Assembly (NCBI GenBank): GCA_016875635.1
Contig: VGPD01000002.1
Coordinates: 13,090 to 77,089 of the forward strand
DNA from: Chloroflexota bacterium
GTDB lineage: Bacteria; Chloroflexota; Dehalococcoidia; UBA2979
Length of the DNA: 64,000 nt
Reading direction: 5' to 3'
The position numbers and the translations under genes were made by a program. Positions within the stretch are counted from its first letter, which is position 1; every line of letters starts with the position of its first letter. Shown here in pieces: positions 1 through 7,146 of this stretch. A model generated the notes under the pieces. It was not told the origin of the DNA. It searched no databases and saw nothing but the letters and a program-made list of their open reading frames with translations.

Positions 1-1
1 C

Positions 2-400
2 GAGTCCTTTCCGCCGTCGGTCCTGCCCTCGATCCTCCCGGGCGCCGACTGGTTCGTGGTCGCGTGTCCGCTGACGGACGAAACGCGCGGGCTGGTGGAC
101 TCGGGCCTACTGGCGGCGCTGCCTCGGGGCGCTCACCTCCTGAACCTCGCGCGCGGTGCGGTCGTCGTTGAGCCAGCATTGATCGAGGCATTGCAGACGG
201 GGCACCTTGGTGGCGCGTATGTAGATGTTGCCTCGCAGGAGCCGCTTCCGCCGGAGTATCCGCTGTGGGATGCCCCCAACCTGATTCTGAGTCCCCACAA
301 CGCCGCGATTTCGGCGAGTTATCCAGCGGCTTCCGCTGAATGCTTCTTCGCCAATTTTAGTCGGTGGCGTCGGGGTGAGCCGCTCGAAGGACTCGCCTGA
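2..400 (+). CDS. D-isomer-specific 2-hydroxyacid dehydrogenase, C-terminal part (5' end outside window)
   Basis: Frame is open from the window start. Motifs ...ACPLTDETRGL...LNLARGAVV...GAYVDV..EP match the NAD-binding/catalytic end of the PGDH/glyoxylate-reductase family. Confidence 0.6.
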   Translation, partial: ESFPPSVLPSILPGADWFVVACPLTDETRGLVDSGLLAALPRGAHLLNLARGAVVVEPALIEALQTGHLGGAYVDVASQEPLPPEYPLWDAPNLILSPHNAAISASYPAASAECFFANFSRWRRGEPLEGLA

Positions 401-512
401 ACCGCGGAAGAGCCGCAAGCGGAGGCCTGATCCCCATCGATCCAACGTCCGTCATGTTCGTCCAGTGGTGATCACTGTTCAGGCGCAGCGCGCCTGCAAT
501 GCGCTCCTCTCG

Positions 513-1055
513 TCAATCTATCGGAAAGCGGTCGCGGATCGGCTGCGCGGGCACCCCGCCGACGATTGAGTAAGATGGGACGTCCTTCGTGACCACGGCC
601 CCGGCTGCGATGACCGCACCATGGCCCACGGTCACGCCCGGCAGCAGGATGGCGCCGTGCCCGATCCACACGTCATGACCCACGGTGACATGGTCCGCTC
701 GACGCCAGTCAAAGAACGCCTCGTCGTCCACCTTGTCGAAGCCGTACTGGATCCGCCGGTAGGTCATGTGATGCTGGCTCGCGCGCCACATCGCATGATT
801 CGGTGCGTTGATCCGGACGTGGCTGGCTACTGAGCAGAACTTGCCGACGGTCGCGTACAGCACCTGGCAGTGGTCGACGAGGTATGAATAGTCGCCCACG
901 GAAGACTCGACGATCGAGGTCTTCTCGCCGATCTGCGTCCATGCCCCGAGGGTCGCGTCCACAATCCGGGCGGTCGGATGGACGACGGGCTCCAGGCCGA
1001 GCATCAGCTTGGGGCTCGCCGGCGCGGCACTCAGTCCTGCAGATTCAACGGCCAT
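513..1055 (-). CDS. hexapeptide-repeat (left-handed beta-helix) acetyltransferase, Vat/xenobiotic acetyltransferase-like
   Basis: Repeated [LIV]G-x4 hexapeptides ([31 protein letters not shown]). Start taken at the internal ATG (MAVESAGL), not the ORF-track start. Confidence 0.6.
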   Translation of the reverse strand: MAVESAGLSAAPASPKLMLGLEPVVHPTARIVDATLGAWTQIGEKTSIVESSVGDYSYLVDHCQVLYATVGKFCSVASHVRINAPNHAMWRASQHHMTYRRIQYGFDKVDDEAFFDWRRADHVTVGHDVWIGHGAILLPGVTVGHGAVIAAGAVVTKDVPSYSIVGGVPAQPIRDRFPID

Positions 1056-1110
1056 CCCGCGGCTCCCGTCTCCCGCGTCGGCGGGTGATGAGAACACGCT
1101 AGTGACGAGG

Positions 1111-1162
1111 CGTTAGCGCATCGTTAGCGAGAAATGCTCGAGACGCTTATTCACCGTTAACG
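1111..1162. promoter_or_regulatory. direct repeat CGTTAGCG-n3-CGTTAGCG plus palindrome CGTTAACG upstream of the acetyltransferase gene
   Basis: Read directly in a lower-GC intergenic stretch, 1111-1118 and 1122-1129 (11-bp register) and 1155-1162. Candidate operator. Confidence 0.25.
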
Positions 1163-1474
1163 CAGGCGGTGCAGCATGTCAGTAGATGAGTACCACAACG
1201 ATGACCTTCTTACCTCTTCACCTGTTCACAGTGCGACACCGAGTTTGATGTTGCGCGGTCTGAGGACGAGCTTTCCCGTCCGGTGACCTGCCCGGTCGAC
1301 GGTGCGGTCGCACGCCGCGCGTACGGTCCTCCTTCGGCCACTCCGCGTACCGCCGCGCACCGCCCTACTCCTTCGTGGGGTGGCTACCTTCACGACCACG
1401 GACCCGGTACAGAGATGCACTGGCACGGCCCGAGCAGTCCCGGCTCGGCCTAGCCAGCGTCCGAGGCGGGCGCG

Positions 1475-1870
1475 TCAGCGCGACGCCGTCAGCTTCAGGC
1501 CCAGCGCACGTTCGAGCCGCCCGGAGAGGGCGGCCAGTGGCGCGCCATCGATCTCGACGTCGAATCGCACGGATCCGTCCTTCAGGCGCCAGGTGAGCGG
1601 TGCAGCGTGCGGGCTGACCCGACGCTGCATCTCGTCGGCTGCTGCCAGGAGGGCGCCCGCGCGCGTGATCGGCGCGCGGTCGGCGGGCGACAGGAGCGGG
1701 CGGTAGGCGGACACCGGGTCGTACTTTTCCGAGTCCGCCTGCCGGACGATTGCGCAGATCAGGGCAAGTTCTCGATGCGACCACCCGGGGAGCCCGTACG
1801 CGATTGCGAGGGCTTCGGTGTGGCGGTGGCGGTTGTAATAGTCCACGCCCCGCCCCAGGTCCAGAAGCAT
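1475..1870 (-). pseudogene. Ppx/GppA exopolyphosphatase C-terminal (HD-like) domain remnant overlapping the 3' end of ppk
   Basis: MLLDLGRGVDYYNRHRHTEALAIAYGLPGWSHRELALICAIV resembles the Ppx region LLHDIG..HHKHSAYII..LPGFSxRE. The N-terminal ~300 aa actin-like ATPase domain is absent. It overlaps ppk by about 110 nt in another frame. Confidence 0.4.
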
Positions 1871-3864
1871 CGGCGGCGATCGGCGAGCAGCATCTCGAGC
1901 GTCCTGAGCAGTCCGTTGCGGAGCGAGGGGTGTTTGATGGGGGTGAGCACCTCGATCCGTTCGTCGAGGTTGCGCTTCATCAGGTCCGCGCTGCCGATGA
2001 AGATCTCTGGATGGCCGTCGTTCTCGAAGTAGTACGCGCGTGAGTGCTCCAGGAAGCGGCCGATGATGCTGATCACGCGGATCCGCTCGCTGAGGCCAGG
2101 CACGCCCGGCCTCAGCCGGCATATCCCGCGCACAATCAGGTCCACCTGGACGCCGGCCTGGCCGGCCCGGTACAGCAGCCGGGTGAAGTCACGGTCTTCC
2201 AGCGCGTTCATCTTGAAGATGATCCGGGCGGGCCGTCCGGCCCGTGCCGCCTCGATCTCACGTTCGACGCGGCGCTCCAACTCCGTGCGCAGGTTGATCG
2301 GTGCGACGAGCAGTTCGCGGGTGTCGAACCCTTCAGACATCCCCGTGAGGTGGTTGAAGACGCGCAGGAGGTCGCTGCAGATCGTGGGGTCAGAGGTGAA
2401 CAGGCCCAGGTCGGTGTAGACGCGCGCCGTGCGGGAGTTGTAGTTCCCGGTCCCGATGTGGCCGTACATCACGACCCCATTGACCTCCTCGCGCACCACG
2501 AGTGTGATCTTGCTGTGGACCTTCCGCCCGGGGTCCCCATAGCCAACGTGGATGCCTGCCTCCTCCAGCCGTCGTGCCCACTCGATGTTGTTCTCCTCGT
2601 CGAGGCGGGCGGTCAGTTCCACGAGCACCGCGACCTGCTTCCCGCGGGTGGAGGCCTCGATGAGCGACTGCAGGATCGGCGAGTCAGGGGATGTGCGGTA
2701 GGTCGTGTGTTTGATGGCGAGTACCTGCGGGTCGAGTGACGCTTCTTCGATGAAACGTGCGACCGTCGCATCGAACGACTCGTACGGGTGGTGCACCAGC
2801 ATGTCCTCGGACTGCAACGCCGCGAAAAACGCCGGCCGGTCCGTCAGGTTCGTGAATGCTGGCGGTATGGCCGGCGTTGTGAGGTGGAACGTCGCGTCGG
2901 CGAGCGGCAGACCGGCGACCTGGTGCAGGTCGACGAGGCCGAGCGGGCCGGTGCACTGGACGACATCGCCTCGCCCGAGGTCCAATTCTTCCAACAGCAG
3001 CTCTTCGCGTTCCGGGGTCAGCGCCACCGTGACTTCAAGGCTGACCGCCTCAGCCAGTCGGCGGCGCCTGACCTCCCGCTCGATCAGTTCGAGAAGGTCT
3101 TCGGCGGCTTCTCCGGGCGTCCCGAGTTCGATGCTCCTGAGCGCTCGCAGCATGCTGTGTTCGATGATCTCGACGCCGGGAAACAGCACGTTGAGGTGGG
3201 CGCCGATGAGGTCCTCGAGCAGGACGAACCGCATGTCGCCCGCCTCGACGAAACGGGGCCGGTTCTGCGGGACCTTCACCCGTGCGAACCGGTCGGTGCC
3301 CGTGCGCGGATCACGTAACCAGAGGGCAAGGGAGAGGCTGTTCGCGGAGATGAACGGGAAGGGGTGGGCAGGGTCGACGACCAGAGGGGTCAGCACCGGA
3401 TACACGGAGGTCATGAAGTAGTCGGTCAGCGACGCCCGCGCGGCGGGGTCGAGCGAGCCGAACGTGACAACGCGCACTCCGCGTGCTTCGAGCGCTGGTA
3501 CGAGCGTGCCGTGCCAACAGGCCTCGATCTCACGCCGCTGTGCGGCGCACCGCGCCGCGACCAGGGCGGACTGCTCCGCGATGCTGAGCCCATCGACCGT
3601 CAGGTGTCCGGGGTTCGTCCGCAGAATCTGCTTCAGCCAGGCGACCCGCTTCGAATAAAACTCATCGAGGTTGCTCGACGTAATCGCAAGGAACCGGACG
3701 CGCTCAAGCAGCGGGTTCCGCGGATCACAGGCCTCAGCGAGGACGCGGTCGTTGAAGTCGAGCCACGATAGTTCGCGGTTCTCGTAGAGGGAGATGTCAT
3801 CGAGGTCGACCGGCGGCGGGGCCGTCTCCGCATCGGGGGTTTGTTCAGTACCCATTCCATGCAC
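1759..3864 (-). CDS. ppk: polyphosphate kinase 1
   Basis: 701 aa. N-terminal LYxNRELSWLxFNxRVL, PLD-like HxK motifs (KVHSKITLV...), and a C-terminal LEHSRAYYF...GSADLMKRNLDERIEV. Confidence 0.9.
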   Translation of the reverse strand: MHGMGTEQTPDAETAPPPVDLDDISLYENRELSWLDFNDRVLAEACDPRNPLLERVRFLAITSSNLDEFYSKRVAWLKQILRTNPGHLTVDGLSIAEQSALVAARCAAQRREIEACWHGTLVPALEARGVRVVTFGSLDPAARASLTDYFMTSVYPVLTPLVVDPAHPFPFISANSLSLALWLRDPRTGTDRFARVKVPQNRPRFVEAGDMRFVLLEDLIGAHLNVLFPGVEIIEHSMLRALRSIELGTPGEAAEDLLELIEREVRRRRLAEAVSLEVTVALTPEREELLLEELDLGRGDVVQCTGPLGLVDLHQVAGLPLADATFHLTTPAIPPAFTNLTDRPAFFAALQSEDMLVHHPYESFDATVARFIEEASLDPQVLAIKHTTYRTSPDSPILQSLIEASTRGKQVAVLVELTARLDEENNIEWARRLEEAGIHVGYGDPGRKVHSKITLVVREEVNGVVMYGHIGTGNYNSRTARVYTDLGLFTSDPTICSDLLRVFNHLTGMSEGFDTRELLVAPINLRTELERRVEREIEAARAGRPARIIFKMNALEDRDFTRLLYRAGQAGVQVDLIVRGICRLRPGVPGLSERIRVISIIGRFLEHSRAYYFENDGHPEIFIGSADLMKRNLDERIEVLTPIKHPSLRNGLLRTLEMLLADRRRCFWTWGGAWTITTATATPKPSQSRTGSPGGRIENLP

Positions 3865-4014
3865 CGTAGACGGAGATTGTCAACGCCTGCGGATGTGCTC
3901 TTTGCCTCAATCTATGTATACGGATAATCCTATTTGGTGTTCAGTCCTGATCTTGTCTCGACCACTCATCCGTCCCGTGATAACACTGCCCGAATTGTTT
4001 GCTAGGGGGGTCAC

Positions 4015-5301
4015 ATGAGTACCGGTCCGCTCGCTGGCGTCCGGATTCTCGAATTCTCACAGATTGTCGCCGGCCCATTCGCGGGGGTGGCGCTCGCCCA
4101 GCTGGGGGCGGATGTGGTGAAGGTGGAGCCGCTCGAGGGAGAGGGGCGCCGTAACACTGGCGCTGTCGTCCCGAACGAGGGCAAGTACTTCCAGTCGTTG
4201 AACATCGGGAAGCGCAGCCTGACGGTGGACCTCTCGCGGCCCGAGGGGCAGGCGCTAATCCACCAGATCATCCCGACATTCGACGTGGTGATCTCGAACT
4301 ACCGCGTGGGTGTGCCGAAGAAGTTGAATATCGACTACGACACGCTCTCCAAACTGCGGCCGGGGCTGATCTACGCCACGATCACGGGATTCGGGGAGAA
4401 GGGCCCGTATGCGACGCGCGCCGGGTCGGACATTGTCGCGCAGGCATACAGCGGTTTGATGGCCGCGGAGGGGAAGGTGGACGAGTACGGCTCGCCGGCC
4501 TCGATTTCCAGCACGACGATGGCGGACCGCGGCACCGGCCTGGCGGCGGCGATGGGGATCATCGCGGCTCTGTACCACCGCGCCACCACGGGCGAGGGGC
4601 AGGAGATCAACGTGTCGCTGATCCAGACGGCGCTGGAGCTGCTCTCCGACAAGGTGATGCGTGAGCCGGTGCAGGACGCCACCCTCCGCGACCCGGTCGT
4701 CGCGCAACTGGTCGAGCGGCGGAACGCCGGCGCCTCGTATCAGGAGTTGCTCGATATCCGGAAAGGTGCGCTCCGCGGGCGCACCGCGCAGCGGCTGTAT
4801 TACGGCGGGTACGGCACGGCCAATGGTGCGCTCGTCCTCGGCGCGCTGACGAAGCAGAACCGCGTGCAGATCCGCGAGATCATCGGGATGACGGATGACC
4901 TCGACGACCCGGACTACGACAGCAACGCCCCCGGCGCGGCCGAACGCTTCGAGGCGTGGCACGAGAAAGTCCAGGCGATCCTGATGACGAAGACGGCGAA
5001 GGAGTGGGTGGCGCTCCTGCTCGCCAACGGCGTCCCGGCGAGCGAGGTGAACATCGCCGAGGAGATGTCCGAGGATCCGCACGTCGTGGCGACGGGGATG
5101 ATGGTGGACCTGGTCCACCCGATCACCGGGCCGCAGAAAGTCGTCGGTCCGCTGGTGAAAATGTCCGCGACGCCGACCGGTGTGCAGCGGTCCGCGCCGC
5201 CGCTGGGCTACCACTCGCGCGAGGTGCTCGCCGAGGCGGGGCTGCCCGATGGGGAGATCGCGACGCTCATCGAGATGGGTGTCGTCGGCGACCACAGCTA
5301 G
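4015..5301 (+). CDS. CoA-transferase family III protein (CaiB/BaiF/formyl-CoA transferase-like)
   Basis: N-terminal LAGVRILEFSQIVAGPFAGVALAQLGADVVKVEP is the signature opening of family III CoA transferases. 428 aa. Confidence 0.85.
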   Translation: MSTGPLAGVRILEFSQIVAGPFAGVALAQLGADVVKVEPLEGEGRRNTGAVVPNEGKYFQSLNIGKRSLTVDLSRPEGQALIHQIIPTFDVVISNYRVGVPKKLNIDYDTLSKLRPGLIYATITGFGEKGPYATRAGSDIVAQAYSGLMAAEGKVDEYGSPASISSTTMADRGTGLAAAMGIIAALYHRATTGEGQEINVSLIQTALELLSDKVMREPVQDATLRDPVVAQLVERRNAGASYQELLDIRKGALRGRTAQRLYYGGYGTANGALVLGALTKQNRVQIREIIGMTDDLDDPDYDSNAPGAAERFEAWHEKVQAILMTKTAKEWVALLLANGVPASEVNIAEEMSEDPHVVATGMMVDLVHPITGPQKVVGPLVKMSATPTGVQRSAPPLGYHSREVLAEAGLPDGEIATLIEMGVVGDHS

Positions 5302-5330
5302 GGGACGAGGACGCATCCGTCCCCACGCCG

Positions 5331-5358
5331 GAACGGCCCCGTGAAGGGGCCGTTTTGC
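5331..5358 (+). terminator. GC-rich hairpin followed by a T-run downstream of the CoA-transferase gene
   Basis: acggcccc-gtgaa-ggggccgt followed by tttgcg. A second hairpin, ggggacg...cgtcccc, lies immediately upstream (5302-5326). Confidence 0.5.
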
Positions 5359-5554
5359 GTGCAGCGGCTCGGAGACGATCGGAGCCAGAGCGGCGATCGG
5401 ATCTGGTGGAGGCCGCGTTGGTAGCAGGGCTGTGTGCCGTCCTTCGGGTGACAGGAAACCGTCAGGGTTGGCTAAAGCGGAGGATTAGTCGCTGTCCCGT
5501 CTTGTCTCTACGTCAGTGCGCAGGCAGGATCCACCCCTGCGCGCGGGGGGATTC

Positions 5555-5746
5555 ATGGACGTGTCCAACAGCACCGACGTGTTTCTGCGAGCGATGGTCT
5601 CGCAGGCACCGGTCTACATCGTGGCGATCGACGGCGAGGGGCGCTTCGTCAGGCTCGAAGGCGATCTGGTGCGAAGGATGGGGATCGACCCGGAGCGAGC
5701 GATCGGGGCATCGGCGTTCGATTACCTGCAGGTGTGCCGGTCCTAG
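5555..5746 (+). CDS. short PAS-like fragment ORF (possible remnant)
   Basis: MDVSNSTDVFLRAMVSQAPVYIVAIDGEGRFVRLEGDLVRRMGIDPERAIGASAFDYL looks like the N-terminal half of a PAS fold. Too short for a full domain, and it overlaps the 3' end of the SARP gene. Confidence 0.25.
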   Translation: MDVSNSTDVFLRAMVSQAPVYIVAIDGEGRFVRLEGDLVRRMGIDPERAIGASAFDYLQVCRS

Positions 5747-6942
5747 ACCGCTGTGAGCGCCTCCATGAGTGCCCGCTCGACCACGGCGGAAGGCTGCGCC
5801 CCCACCTCGCTCCTCAGGATGCGGCGGTAGTCCTCGTACTGCCGGCGTGCGTCCGTTCGCCGTCCCAGGTGGCCGTAATAGGTGATCAGCGCGACCTGGA
5901 ACTGCTCCTGGAGCGGGTCAGATTGCAACGCGCGTTCGCAGCATTCCACGCTCTGCTCGATGGCGCCGCGCACGGCGAAGGAGACGGCTGCCCGCGCGAG
6001 CAGGTCGTGGTAGAGCCGGCGCAGCCGGCGGTGGTGCGCGGTGGCCCACGCGCCGAAATCCTCTCCGGCGGCGAAGTCACCGCGGTACAGCGCGAGTGCG
6101 TCCTCGATGGCGGACGGAGATCCGACGCCGTCGCCGGCGCGAAGCGCAGCATGCGCACGGGTTTCGAAATCCACCGCGTCAATACGCAGCGTGGGAGTTT
6201 CATCGAGCACGTACATGGTGCCCTGACGCCGCAGCGGGACGTCCGGGCCGGCCGAGTTGAGCAGTTGCCGCAGGCCGTGGAGGAGTACGCGGAGCCGGGG
6301 GCCTGAGAGATCGATCGACTCGTCCGGCCAGAGATCCTCCGCGATCCAGTCGCGTTGCGCGCCGCCCGGACCGGCGATCGCGAGGTAGGCGAGCAATTCA
6401 AGCACCCGCCGCCGTGGTGGCATCGGCAGCGGGACGCCACCGGCGAGGAGTGCCACCGGGCCGAGCAGGCGGATGTCCAGGGTGGCGTTGGCCGGGGCGG
6501 TTGCTCCGCGGACGTGGATCGTGACGAGCGCGACCTCGCCTCCGGCCTCGCGGGACGGGGCGGCGATGACCGAGCCGCTGATCGGGATGCGACGGCCGTC
6601 GCGTGTCTGCCATTCGGCCCACGGGAGCGGCACAGGTTCATGTCGCACCAGCGCGTCGTAGACCGGACAGTCGACGGTCTGGCAGAGGCACTGCCCGTCG
6701 GGCAGGCCCGCGCCCATCAGTTCGTCGCAGGCGCGCCCCAGAATCTGGTCTTCCGGGATGCCCATGAGGTTCCGTGCGGCCTCGTTGGCGGCCAGGACGC
6801 GCTGCCCGGCGCCCACCACAAACGCGGCGTCCGCCGTGAGGTTCACCAGGTCGCTCAGCCTCATGGGAGTCCCATTCAAGGCAATCTGCTGTAACTGGGA
6901 TGTAACTCCCGACTCAGGGTGACCGGAAGTGACCAACGTCAC
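5743..6942 (-). CDS. SARP-family transcriptional regulator with N-terminal Cys-rich PAS-like sensor domain (PAS + OmpR-type wHTH + BTAD)
   Basis: LLGPVALLAGGVPLPMPPRRRVLELLAYLAIAGPGGAQRDWIAEDLWPDE is a SARP winged-helix. ALALYRGDFAAG...PLQEQFQVALITYYGHLGRRTDARRQYEDYRRILRSEVGAQPS is a BTAD. The N-terminal region has C-x13-C-x-C-x4-C. The track start is GTG at 6942; an ATG at 6864 is the alternative. Confidence 0.75.
   Translation of the reverse strand: MTLVTSGHPESGVTSQLQQIALNGTPMRLSDLVNLTADAAFVVGAGQRVLAANEAARNLMGIPEDQILGRACDELMGAGLPDGQCLCQTVDCPVYDALVRHEPVPLPWAEWQTRDGRRIPISGSVIAAPSREAGGEVALVTIHVRGATAPANATLDIRLLGPVALLAGGVPLPMPPRRRVLELLAYLAIAGPGGAQRDWIAEDLWPDESIDLSGPRLRVLLHGLRQLLNSAGPDVPLRRQGTMYVLDETPTLRIDAVDFETRAHAALRAGDGVGSPSAIEDALALYRGDFAAGEDFGAWATAHHRRLRRLYHDLLARAAVSFAVRGAIEQSVECCERALQSDPLQEQFQVALITYYGHLGRRTDARRQYEDYRRILRSEVGAQPSAVVERALMEALTAV
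6890..6907 (+). promoter_or_regulatory. tandem heptamer direct repeat TGTAACT-GGGA-TGTAACT (SARP-box-like, 11-bp periodicity)
   Basis: Read directly. It lies in the extreme 5' region or leader of the SARP gene, on the opposite strand. Confidence 0.4.
6929..6942. promoter_or_regulatory. 14-bp palindrome GTGACCAACGTCAC (candidate operator) at the SARP gene start
   Basis: Perfect inverted repeat GTGAC/GTCAC with a 4-bp spacer. A third GTGAC copy sits 7 bp upstream. Confidence 0.3.
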
Positions 6943-7044
6943 GCAGACGGATGTCTCCTGGCCCTCATTTCCGCCCGGCCGCCCGACGAATATGGCGGCG
7001 AATTCAAGTTAGGCGCTCAGATTGGTGGATGCGGTCGGCGGCGC

Positions 7045-7062
7045 TGTAACTGACGAGTAACT
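7045..7062 (+). promoter_or_regulatory. tandem heptamer direct repeat TGTAACT-GACG-AGTAACT (SARP-box-like), about 8 bp upstream of a -10-like GAGAAT, in front of the molybdoenzyme operon
   Basis: Read directly. The 7+4+7 architecture is the same as in known SARP binding sites. GAGAAT is at 7072-7077, and the alpha-subunit ATG is at 7147. Confidence 0.45.
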
Positions 7063-7146
7063 CGCAAGGGGGAGAATCCACGCAGATCGCGCATGCGGTC
7101 ACAAGCGCAAAGCGTACCGGTGTGGACGGAATCTGGAGCACGCCCG

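Noticed and set aside
7093-7146. ORF-track start of the alpha subunit at 7093
   Set aside because: There is no RBS within 15 nt. The ATG at 7147 has GGAG 8 nt upstream and places the RR motif at residues 8-9, the typical position. 7093 cannot be fully excluded.
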